A DNA stretch of 64,000 nucleotides from Alphaproteobacteria bacterium (GTDB taxonomy: Bacteria > Pseudomonadota > Alphaproteobacteria > SP197). The position numbers and the translations under genes were made by a program. Numbering within the stretch: the first letter of the stretch is position 1; the number at the start of each line of letters is the position of its first letter. Shown here one piece after another: positions 40,952-50,600 of the stretch. The notes under the pieces were generated by a model. It ran no database searches. It saw nothing but the letters and a program-made list of their open reading frames with translations, and had not been told where the DNA came from. The stretch lies in contig OZ219920.1 of NCBI GenBank assembly GCA_964291415.2, forward strand, positions 352,001 through 416,000. The letters are read 5' to 3'.

Positions 40952-41829
40952 CCGCGCACGGAACGAGTCGCGCCACCGCACGCGCCCCGTCCCCGGCGCG
41001 CGAGACGTTGACGAAGTTCCTTCGCAACGGATCAGCCGTCTCCGGGTTCGTGCTGCTCGCGCTGGTCTTCGCAATGACCCTTGTCCTGCCCGCCTTCTAT
41101 CCCGCCGATCCCTTCGACATCGTATGGCGGCCGCTGGCGCCGCCCGGCGAAGCACCGGCGATACCGCTGGGAAGCGATTTCCTGGGGCGCGACGTGCTGG
41201 CAGGAATCGTCCACGGCGGCCGCGCCACCCTCGCGGTGGGCGCGAGCGCCGCCGCGATCTGCGTGATCGTCGGCATCGCCGTCGGCGCCGCTTCGGGATT
41301 CTACGGCGGTCTCGTCGACGAAGGACTCATGCGCATCGCCGAATTCTTCCAGGTGCTGCCCGCCCTGCTCTTCGCGATGACCCTGGTCAGCCTGTTCGGC
41401 CCGAGCCTCGTGACCGTAGCCATCGCCATCGGCGTGGTCGGCTGGCCGCCGATCGCCCGCCTCACCCGCGCCGAGTTTCTCAGAATCAAGGCACTCGACT
41501 ATGTCAGAGCCTCGCGCGCGATCGGCGCTGCCGACCGCCGTCTCATCTTTCGCGTGATCCTGCCCAACGCGCTGCCCTCCCTTGTCGTCGCCGCCACGCT
41601 CACCGTCGGCGCCGCCATCCTGTTCGAGGCGGGACTCGCGTTTCTCGGCCTCGGCGATCCAAACGCCATGAGCTGGGGCCTGATGATCGGCGCCAACCGG
41701 GACTTCGTGCTGGAGGCATGGTGGCCGGTCACCCTGCCGGGCCTTGCGATATTCCTCACCGTGCTGGGCGTCACCCTGATCGGCGACGGCCTCTCCGACG
41801 CCCTCGATCCGAGGCGGCATGGACGGTGA
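40948..41829 (+). CDS. Peptide ABC permease (DppC-like)
   Basis: PLGSDFLGRDV, YVRASRAIGA, ILPNALP, LAFLGLG...SWG, GDGLSDALDP. Confidence 0.92.
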   Translation: MTAHGTSRATARAPSPARETLTKFLRNGSAVSGFVLLALVFAMTLVLPAFYPADPFDIVWRPLAPPGEAPAIPLGSDFLGRDVLAGIVHGGRATLAVGASAAAICVIVGIAVGAASGFYGGLVDEGLMRIAEFFQVLPALLFAMTLVSLFGPSLVTVAIAIGVVGWPPIARLTRAEFLRIKALDYVRASRAIGAADRRLIFRVILPNALPSLVVAATLTVGAAILFEAGLAFLGLGDPNAMSWGLMIGANRDFVLEAWWPVTLPGLAIFLTVLGVTLIGDGLSDALDPRRHGR

Positions 41830-41976
41830 TGGCAAGGCCGATGTGAGGTGTGGTGAGCGTCGCCGCACAGCTTGCACTCGTTCGCCCTGGTGACCCGGGC
41901 TCCCTTGGCTCCCTCATCCACAAGAAGAGTCCTGATTCCTGGTAGAGCATCGTCATCGCGATCCCGCGCCAGCGTG

Positions 41977-42220
41977 CAGTGTCCTGATTCCGGAGTATTG
42001 CAGATTTGCCTTTGACGTTCGGCGGTTTCGAGGGCTGTGAGGCAGAAGCGTTCGATGGTTGCGAGGATGTCGTCTGCGGACTTTGTCCCGCGCAAGGGTC
42101 TGGGATTTGCGTTGACGGTGTCGAGGTCGCCCCGGATGGCCTGTTCGAGTTCCCAGGTCGAGCGATGGACCCCGCGGTGGAGCTGTGTGTCGGTCAAGGC
42201 GGTGAAGAAGCGCTCGATCC
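41977..42220 (-). pseudogene. IS630-family transposase C-terminal remnant
   Basis: IERFFTALT..QLHRGVHRS..ELEQAI...NANPRP...TKSADDILATIERFC. Confidence 0.75.
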
Positions 42221-42460
42221 CGCTGCGCCGGGACTCGGTCGCGGCACTCGACGCGTGGTTCAAGGAGCGTGGCGGCGAGCCCTGTGACCCGGTCTTCCCC
42301 AACCAGCGCTGCAGACCGCTCACCCATGACAGCTTCGCCTGTCCCCTGGCTCGCAACCTGGCTGTCGCGCGGTCAGACTGCCCGTCGCTGGGATGCAAGC
42401 GGGTGACGCCCCACGCCCCATACCCTGCGGCACAGCGCCGCCATGGACCTGCTTCGCAAC
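42190..42460 (+). pseudogene. Tyrosine recombinase remnant
   Basis: RSIPLRRDSVAALDAWFKERGGEPCDPVFPN...CPSL..KRVTPH, then a frameshifted LR.S.AMDLL-like motif. Confidence 0.65.
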
Positions 42461-42649
42461 GTGCGGAGTATCGCGAGAGTAGCCACCGAGTTTCACGCAA
42501 AGTAGGCATGGCGTTCTGCAAGCCCTCCTGAGTGCTGCCGGGGTTTGGCGGCGACGATCCTGCAGCGGCCTCGTCGCCTGCTCCATAGCATCTACTTTGC
42601 TGAGAATCGGTGGCTGCGTTGGATGAGAATCACCGGATACATTGGTGAG

Positions 42650-43225
42650 AGTCGGCAGGCGAAGTGCAGGAACTCCGCGTTGTACAGAAGGCCGCCCCCG
42701 GCGGCGCGGTCGTCGGACAGCACGGCGGCGCGCATCTGATCGAACAGCATCCTCCGGAACCCCGCCGAACGTCTCGAAGGCGCTCTCCAGCGCCTCCATC
42801 AGCATCGCCATCGTCTGCCGCGGAAAGAAGCTCAGCCACAACAGACGGGAGTAGCCAGCACGACCACCAGGGCATGGCGCCGGCCCCAGGAAAGCGTGAA
42901 GGTTCCGAAGTCGACCTGGCCCTGCCGCACCACCGGCTCGACCGGCTCGCGGGGGCCGGGCACCCCGCACGTAGTTCCGCACGCTCTCGTAGCAGCCCGC
43001 ATAGCCCGCCGCGCGGACCTCGTCGAACAGCCGCCTCGCCGAAAGCTCGGGAAACGCCTCAAGACGCGCGTCGATGATCCCCTTGCAGGGATCCAGCTTG
43101 TGTGCCACCGGAGGTCGCGGCGAACTTCCGTCGGACCGGCCAACAGGTCCCGGTCCAACTGCTCCGTCTTCGAGACGCCTTGGTCGAGGTAGTGCTTCAG
43201 CAGCATCCTGGTCTCCCATCCGTGC
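42650..43225 (-). pseudogene. IS21-family istA N-terminal remnant (frameshifted)
   Basis: GWETRMLLKHYLDQGVSKTE, HKLDP.KGIIDARL..FPELSARRLFDEVRAAGY, QGQVDFG, GYSRLLWL. Confidence 0.8.
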
Positions 43226-43284
43226 CCCGCATCCAGCCCTGTTGGAAAGCCCACAGAGCGGGTCTTCCGGGGGACGGATCGCCC

Positions 43285-43350
43285 GCCGAACACCGACGAC
43301 GTTGGTGCGACGCTTGATCCCGGCATTGAGACGGTCGAGAGGATTCGCAG
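43285..43350 (-). pseudogene. IS256-family transposase fragment
   Basis: NPLDRLNAGIKRRTNVVGV. Confidence 0.6.
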
Positions 43351-43530
43351 AGTCCGGTATCGGTTTCCGGGGCTTTCCTGCACGTTGCTCGATCGGCAAC
43401 TGCAGCATGTTCAGCGCGTTTTCTGCAGTTTTGGACTGTAGCACGCTTCTTCCAGATATGCAGTTGGCGATTGCAGCAAAATACCGCGCAGGACTACAGT
43501 TATTTTATGGTGAATTTTATGGAACCATAG

Positions 43531-43559
43531 TTGACTGGCACCGAAACTTGAACCGTAAT
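43531..43559 (+). promoter_or_regulatory. Putative promoter of the Cys-rich protein gene
   Basis: TTGACT-N17-CGTAAT; a homologous TTGACT-N17-CGAAAT lies upstream of the pseudogene paralog (52264-52236, minus). Confidence 0.55.
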
Positions 43560-43617
43560 CAGGAGAATTCGGCAATCGTCCTGCCACGCTGACCAGAACA
43601 CGGAGGCTCAGGGAACC

Positions 43618-43992
43618 ATGCGAATGCAGACAATGAAGTGGATGGCCGGCACGTTCGTGCTTGTCGGGATTCTCGCCCTTTCCAGTGCAAGTCATGCCTC
43701 CTGCACAGGGGACAACAGGGTCGACATACCGGACGCAAGTTGTCTTTCTGGAAGCCATAGCAACACTTGCTCGTTCAAAGTATTCGGCAAGTGCCTCAGT
43801 TATCAGTCCTCTTTCTGGGCGGAGGCAAAAATCACTTGCGTCCAGAATGGCGACAAGGTCGTCGCGAAAATCGATTTAAAGGATCGAATGGACGAAACGT
43901 GGCATCTGTACAACCACGACACAAATAAGGGTGGGGCAGATACCTATGCCAGGGGCGTCTATTGCTGCAGCGACCTCGGCAGGTGCAACTAA
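43618..43992 (+). CDS. Small secreted cysteine-rich protein (8 Cys), unknown family
   Basis: Sec signal MRMQTMKWMAGTFVLVGILALSSASHA|; mature ~97 aa with 8 Cys ending YCCSDLGRCN; lower GC than flanks; paralog in the window. Confidence 0.8.
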   Translation: MRMQTMKWMAGTFVLVGILALSSASHASCTGDNRVDIPDASCLSGSHSNTCSFKVFGKCLSYQSSFWAEAKITCVQNGDKVVAKIDLKDRMDETWHLYNHDTNKGGADTYARGVYCCSDLGRCN

Positions 43993-44429
43993 CCACAACG
44001 CGTAGCAATGGCGGGCTGGAGTCTTGCGGCCTGGCGGACCAAGTGAAAGCCGAAGAGGATGCCCGCCGCCGCGGAGCGGAGCCGAAACGCAGGCAGGCTC
44101 GGTCGATCGCCGCTCACGATATGCTGGACACACGCAAGCCAGGGTCGTGCCGGCACCAGGATTGTAAGTCGCGAAGTCCGGCGGTTGGTGGTCCCGGGCG
44201 AACGTCAGGTTCGCAGGCGTAGTCCTTGCGCTTCCTCTGCGACGTCGGCGGCTTTGCGGCTGATATCTCCAGGAGCGGGGCTGCCTTCGGCAGACAACTC
44301 AAGGTGGGACGCGACAGCGCAGGCACGCAGCCGTCGCCCGCCGGGGCAGACGCGTCCCGCGACCGACGGCACCGGCTGAGGTTGCCGGGAAGCCGGGGCT
44401 TCGAAAGCGCGAGGATCGGGTGAGCACCA

Positions 44430-46232
44430 ATGGACCGGCATTCATCCAGCGATCCGGGCATGACGCACCAGGAGTCTTTCATCCATGAAAACATCCTGGA
44501 GAACCTGCTCGACGGTGTGATGTCCCTGGGTCTCGACGGCAACGTCAGGACCTTCAACCAGGCGGCCGCCCGCATGCTCGGGCTCGACCGCGACGAGGTG
44601 GTCGGACACACGCTGGTGGAGGTCTTCTTCGCGGTCGAGGGTTTCGAGGCATTCACCCAGGCGATACTCGATGCGGTCGTCGAGCGCAAACGGACGGAAC
44701 GCCGCGTGGTCGAGGTCGGCGGCGACAGCGGACGGCGCGCATTCTCGATGACGACGTCCTACCTGAGGTCTCCCGAGACCGGGGACCCGATCGGCGTGAT
44801 CGCCGTGTTCAGCGACATCACGGAAATGCAGGCGCTCCGCGAGGCCGAGGGCCGAATGGCAAGGGAGCTGGCCGAGCAGAACGCCGAGTTGAAGAACTCG
44901 TACCGGTTGGCGGAAGAAAGACGCGAGCGGCTGGACACGGTGCTGAAGAGGGTCCAGGCCGCGCGGGCTGTGGCGACGGTTCTGGTCATCGCGCTGTTCC
45001 TGGGTGCGGGGGTATGGAGCTGGGGCGGGCTGGAATCGCTCGGGACGCCACAGCCATCCGGCGCCGCAGCGCAGGACGGACAGGAACGTGTGGAAACGCT
45101 CCGCACGGTGACGCTGGCACCCGAAGAATTCACGTCGAAGACATCGCTCATCGGCCGTCTCGTCCCGTCGCGCGAGGTTGCGGTGACGAGCGCCACGGCC
45201 GGCCACATCGCCGAGATTGGCTTCACGTACGGCCAGCGGGTGTCGCAGGGCGAGGTGCTGTTGCGCCTCGACATGGACGAGACCCGGCTTCTGTACCTGG
45301 AAGCGCAGGTCGAGTACGAGAACGCGAAGAAAGCCATCGACGACCTCGACAGGTGGGAGACCGGCACGGAGGTCACCGCCGCGCTCCGGTCGTTGAGCAA
45401 GGCGCAGTTGGCCATGGAAGGCGTGGCCGCCGACTTGAAGCAATCGGCTTTCCTGCTGGACGAGGGTCTCATCCCTGCCTCGCAGCACGAGGACGCCAGG
45501 CGCCGTTACGAGAGCCAGCTGCTCGACCTGGAGGCGGCCCGGCAGAACCTCGACGCGGTGCGGGCCAAGGGCGGAGACGATGCCAGGCGGGTGGCGAACG
45601 TGAACCTCGAAAAGGCGCGCAGCCGCCTGAGCGCCGTAGAGGCCGCGCTCGCGCAGGACACCGTCGTGGCGCCCATCTCCGGCGTGGTCCAGATGCCGGC
45701 CACTCCCGAAGGGACGCTTGTTCGAGGCCTGAGTGTGGAAAAGGGCAACGCGCTGCTGACGATCGCGGACGTCGACCGTCTGGCCGTGTTGGCCCAGATC
45801 GACGAGGTCGAGGTGACGGCGATCCGCCCCGGCCAGCCGGTGACCGTGCAGGGCGACGCCTTTCCCGGCCTGGTGTTGCGCGGCGTGGTGAGTCACGTGT
45901 CCCAGCAACCTCGCGCCTCCAAACCGACCGAGGGCGTGCCGCTGTTCGACGTCACGGTGGGACTCGACGACCTCGGCGAGGCGCAGCGTCTGCAGCTGCG
46001 GATCGGGATGTCGGCGCATCTCCACATCGTCACCTACAGCAGTCCGTCGGCGCTGATGGTTCCGATCGAGGCCGTGGGCGAGAGTGACGGCACGTCGGTG
46101 ATTAGGGTTCTCGACGAGGCCACCGGCGAGGTGCGGCCGCGGGCCGTCGAGGTCGGCTTGACCACACTCGACAAGATCGAGGTGACGGGCGGGCTGAAGG
46201 CCGGCGAGACCGTGGTGCTGGACGGGGCCTGA
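44430..46232 (+). CDS. PAS domain fused to a MacA-type periplasmic adaptor (membrane fusion protein)
   Basis: ILENLLDGVMSLGLDGNVRTFNQAAARMLG...VIAVFSDITE (PAS), coiled coil, one TM, GQRVSQGEVLLRLD, VVAPISGVV, IDEVEV..IRPGQPV, VEVGL....IEVTGGLKAGETV. Confidence 0.88.
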   Translation: MDRHSSSDPGMTHQESFIHENILENLLDGVMSLGLDGNVRTFNQAAARMLGLDRDEVVGHTLVEVFFAVEGFEAFTQAILDAVVERKRTERRVVEVGGDSGRRAFSMTTSYLRSPETGDPIGVIAVFSDITEMQALREAEGRMARELAEQNAELKNSYRLAEERRERLDTVLKRVQAARAVATVLVIALFLGAGVWSWGGLESLGTPQPSGAAAQDGQERVETLRTVTLAPEEFTSKTSLIGRLVPSREVAVTSATAGHIAEIGFTYGQRVSQGEVLLRLDMDETRLLYLEAQVEYENAKKAIDDLDRWETGTEVTAALRSLSKAQLAMEGVAADLKQSAFLLDEGLIPASQHEDARRRYESQLLDLEAARQNLDAVRAKGGDDARRVANVNLEKARSRLSAVEAALAQDTVVAPISGVVQMPATPEGTLVRGLSVEKGNALLTIADVDRLAVLAQIDEVEVTAIRPGQPVTVQGDAFPGLVLRGVVSHVSQQPRASKPTEGVPLFDVTVGLDDLGEAQRLQLRIGMSAHLHIVTYSSPSALMVPIEAVGESDGTSVIRVLDEATGEVRPRAVEVGLTTLDKIEVTGGLKAGETVVLDGA

Positions 46233-46436
46233 CGTGAACACATGGGCGTTTCGGTGGCGGGGCATGTGCAAGGCCTCCATGCCCGGCGCCGTCGAGGATC
46301 CGGCGCGCCGCGGCATCGGCCCGGACGCGGCCGCGGCATACGCGCCGGTGACCGGGAATCCCCCGGGCCTCGGCAATTCCGCATCGGTGTGCGTCCCCGG
46401 GTTCCCTGGCCGGCTACGGCCGGCATTGTCTCTCTC

Positions 46437-47624
46437 ATGAGGATCAATGCATGGGAGGGACTGCGCAGCCTCTCCCGGGCGAAACTGCGATCGGCACTCG
46501 CGCTCACCGGGATCGTGATCGGCGTCGGCTCGGTCATCACGATGATCTCCGTAGGAGAGATCGCCCGAGAAACCTCCCGCGCCCGGTTTGAGGCGCTTGG
46601 AACCGACATCGTCACCATCGGCAATGTCGACGGCGCGAGCATCGCGCCGGGGCGGAGCATCGTTCTCGCCGACGCGCTGCTCCTCGCGGACTCCGTCCCG
46701 TCCATCCTTGAGGCGGCGCCCAGAATCGAGTTGCGCGGCAAGTTCCACTACGCCGGAAGAGAGCTGGACCGGGGCGCCGTTCACGGCGTGACAAGGTCCT
46801 TTGCGCGCCTCAACAAGCTGGAGCTGGCGCAAGGACGGTTCATCTCCCATCTCGATCGACACCGGCACTTCTGCACGGTGGGCGCAGGCGTCGCGGAGGC
46901 CATGCGCCGCGCCGGCGCTACGCGCGTCGTCGGCGAGACCGTTACCATGATGGGCCGATTGTTCACCGTGACCGGCGTGCTTCGCGAGGCGGCCGAGAAC
47001 TACGCGCTGCCGTTCCAGGTCAAGGCGAACAGCTCCGTGTTCATTCCTATTTCCACGGCGCGGCGGATCAGACCCGATATCGGCATCGACGCAATCGTCG
47101 CCCGCACGACTCCCGACATCCACTACGCGCTCGCGACGAGCGAGGTGCTGGAATGGTTCCGCACCCGGCAGGAGAAACTGGAAATCCACGTCACGAGCCC
47201 GACCCAACTCGTCGAGCAACAGGAAGCGCAGATGCGAATCATGACCCTGCTGCTCGCCGCGACCGGCAGTATCTCGCTCATCGTCGGCGGCATCGGGGTG
47301 ATGAACGTCATGCTGGTCTCGGTGACCGAGAGGCGGCAGGAGATCGGCATTCGCCGCGCTCTCGGCGCGCGCCGCCGCGACATCCAGAACCAGTTCCTGG
47401 TGGAGTCCGTGGTCCTGTCCGCGGCCGGCGGTGTTCTCGGAGTCCTGCTCGGTACGGCCGGCACCTGGACGATCTGCCGGTTCACGGAGTGGGACTTCTT
47501 CGTCTCCATGGGCGCGACGGGCAGCGGCCTTGCCGTGTCGTCGGCGATGGGGATAGCGTTCGGACTGCAACCGGCGAACCAGGCGGCGCGGGTCGATCCG
47601 ATCATGGCGCTCCAGGGGCGCTGA
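46437..47624 (+). CDS. MacB/FtsX-type ABC permease
   Basis: LRSALALTGIVIGVGSVI, ISLIVGGIGVMNVMLVSVTERRQEIGIRRALGA, QFLVES, PANQAARVDPI. Confidence 0.92.
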   Translation: MRINAWEGLRSLSRAKLRSALALTGIVIGVGSVITMISVGEIARETSRARFEALGTDIVTIGNVDGASIAPGRSIVLADALLLADSVPSILEAAPRIELRGKFHYAGRELDRGAVHGVTRSFARLNKLELAQGRFISHLDRHRHFCTVGAGVAEAMRRAGATRVVGETVTMMGRLFTVTGVLREAAENYALPFQVKANSSVFIPISTARRIRPDIGIDAIVARTTPDIHYALATSEVLEWFRTRQEKLEIHVTSPTQLVEQQEAQMRIMTLLLAATGSISLIVGGIGVMNVMLVSVTERRQEIGIRRALGARRRDIQNQFLVESVVLSAAGGVLGVLLGTAGTWTICRFTEWDFFVSMGATGSGLAVSSAMGIAFGLQPANQAARVDPIMALQGR

Positions 47625-47642
47625 ACCGGCTGCGCCGGGCGG

Positions 47643-50600
47643 CTACTGGCGGCGGATAGCTGCGCCGTCACCCTTGAAGAGCGACAACGCGAGGCGAAAG
47701 GCGTCACGCCCGATCTGCTCGCCGATCAGGCGCCCCGGAATGTCGTCGGCCGGTGGGTGGATGCCTCCCCAGATACGCGAAAGGCTGCATTGGTCGGCGG
47801 CGTCGCGATAGGTGGCCCATTGCAACTCCATGCCGACCGACGGGCCGCTCTCGAAGACGAGGAAGGTGTCCGCGGGAACCGGGAAGGCGCTCTTGCCTCC
47901 CGGAAAGAAGGGATCGCCGGTCAGCGCGGTCAGCACCTCGGCGGCGGCGCGCGAGAAGGTGGAATGACCGGATACGTATCCTGCGAAGGGTGGCGTCACG
48001 AAGGTCGGGCGCTGGTAGGGCCACCAGTCTTCGGCGCGAATCCAGCCCACGCCGGCCGTGCCGGCCGCTTGCCGGTCGACATGGCCGGGGCCGCGCCAGG
48101 CGAGCAGCTTGACCTTGCCGACATGCTCGCCGTTCTCGCCCGCAAGGAGGTCGCCGGAGCCGATGCGTTCGATAAGCCCCGCCGCCAGCGGGATGCCCCC
48201 TGACGGCTGTCCCGGTGTCTCGGAACCGTCGGACCGGCTGCGGTCGGCCAAGGCCCGGAGCGCCGAGACCGGCCGGATGTAGTCGTACCAGCCCTTGATT
48301 CCCCAGGCGGCAACCGCGGCATCGTGCATCGCCCCGCCCAGGACGAAGTACGCCTTCACGTCCCATTCGAGCCGGTCGAGCACCGGGCCCGTCCCACCGA
48401 GGCGCCTTGCGAGACGTTCATGGTCGCCGACCGCATTCAGGATGGTGAACCAGTGTCCGGGCGGGGTCTCGGAGTCGGGTCCGTCCGCCCAGTACTCGGC
48501 GAGCACCCGGGTATAGTCGCCGCGCGGCACCCACTGAGGCGCATAGGGTTTTCCCGTGGCCGGGTTGATGCGATAGCCGGGGCCCCATGGAACCGGGTCG
48601 TAGAAGTCGGGATAGTCCTCGAACCGGCGCGGCAGGGGGCCGAGATCGCCCATGCCCGAGGGCGCAATGTCGATCAGGACGCCGTCATCGGGCGAGAGAT
48701 GGGACGACCAGCGGGAGACGAGGACAAAGCCCCACTTGTAGTGTTCGGAGAGCGGGCCGTTGAAAGTCGGCGGCGGTCCGGGATCGTGATAAACGTGAAA
48801 TTCCGCGCCGTCGCGCCGGTAGACAGTCAAGTCATCTTCCGACAGGGCGAAGGGCGTGACTTGGCCCCACTCGGGCGACACGAATTGCGCCGCGCCGTCG
48901 AAGGCATGGCCTGACTGGTCGATGTAGCGCGGAAGATCGAGCGGCTGCCAGCGGTTCGGATCCTTGAGCGTGATGTTCCCCGGAATGGACGGCACCAGGG
49001 CCGGATTGACCGGTTCGTAGAACCGGGCCGCGTAGTCGTTGCTCTCGTTCGATCCGTCTTCGAGGCCACGGGCGATATAGAACTCGGCGAGGCAGCGCCC
49101 GAACGCCGCCGCCGGCCCAGCCGCCAAAGCCGGGTCGTGGCCGAGTGCGGACATGAGCGCGTCGGCATTCGCCATGGTCTGCGCTGCGCCCGGCGAGCGT
49201 CGGAAGCGGTGACGCAGGATCTGCAGCGCGGCATGGGACATCGCCTCCTCGCGCGCACGTCGGATATCGCTGTTCGGCGGCGGGCCGGGCCGGGCGCAGG
49301 GCGTGTGGCCGGCGCCGAAATGCCAGGGCTTCGCCTCGTCCGACCAGCCGGCCCAGGCGTCGTACATGGCCCCGGCGACATGGAAGAGGTTCCGCGCGTG
49401 CACGGTCGGGCGGGCCGTGTCGTCCCGGATGGCCTCCAGGAGCACTTCGATCCAGCGTTGCGCCACCGAGACGCTCGCATCGGCCAGGGGTGGGCCCGGC
49501 AGGTAGTGCGGGAACACGCGCGCCGAACCGTGCGGCATGGTGACGGTCGTCCTGGCGGCATTGACGTCGTCGAAGGAAATGCCGCCCTCACCCGTCCAGC
49601 GATGGAAGCTGTGGGTCCCGCGCACCGCCTCGGCTTCTATGGCGACCCGGGAGCCGGCGGCGTGAAGGCCGGTCCCGGCGCCTCCGACGACGGACAGCAG
49701 CTGGCCGGCGGGTTCCGGCTGCCGGACGGTCAGGCGGCGGTTGGCCTGCACGGTCTCGATCCGGGTGACCCGGTTTCCCGGGCCGGGCCAGTCGATCTCG
49801 ATCTCCCGGACTGCCGGATCCGGGCCCAGACCGAAATGCAGTGTCGTCGGGCCCTGTGACAGATAGTTGCCGCCGAGACGCACCTCCTGCACCTGCCGGC
49901 CCGAGTCCGTGTGCACCGTGACCCGGGCGCCAACGGCGAGCGGGTTCGCGTGCCGGCCCTCGAGATCAATGGCCAGCCAGTGATTGTCCGTCTCGAGACC
50001 GTTGCGATAGACCGTCGGCGCCGCGTTGTGATTGGCGATCAGAATGTCGACCCGGCCGTCGCCGTCATAGTCGGCGCAGACCGCGCCACGGCCCTGGCCC
50101 GTGTGGCGGATGCCCAGTTCGGACGCCAGCTCGGTGAAGGTGCCGTCGCCGTTCGCCATGAACAGCCGGGAGGGATCGTCGACGAATCCGGCGTACCTGT
50201 GGACATACTCTTCCGCCAGGCCGTAGTGGCCGGGCTCGGTCACGCCGTAGCCGTTGGTATGGAAGATGTCGACATGGCCGTCGCTGTCAAAATCGGCGAA
50301 ACAGGCTCCCCATCCCCAGCCGCCCTCCCGGACCCCGGCCGCGTCCGTCGCATCCTCGAACCGGCCGTCACCGCGATTTCGGTAGAGCCGGTTGCCCGTC
50401 GGCCCTTCTCCCGACCGGCCTTCCGGATCGTGAATGCTGGTCACGAACCAGTCCATGTCGCCGTCGCGGTCGAAGTCCGCGACCGCCGCTCCCATGCCGT
50501 TCTCGTCGGTGATGACCGCATCGCGGATGTCGACGAAGCGCCTGCCGCCTTCGTTGCGCAGGACCTGGCCGGTCCCGAAGTCGCCCGCCAGCAGGATGTC

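Noticed and set aside
43536-43551. Sigma54 promoter (TGGCAC...TTGA) upstream of the Cys-rich gene
   Set aside because: Spacing is off by one and the -12 GC is absent; a sigma70-like reading fits both paralogs better
44030-44130. Possible ankyrin-repeat relic (RGAEP / GRSPL)
   Set aside because: Only a few residues across a frameshift; chance level
44442-47570. Very long antisense ORFs (also 14456-16345, 25911-27779, 56665-59490, 57924-60242)
   Set aside because: Expected shadows of high-GC coding genes; no motifs; they overlap well-supported genes
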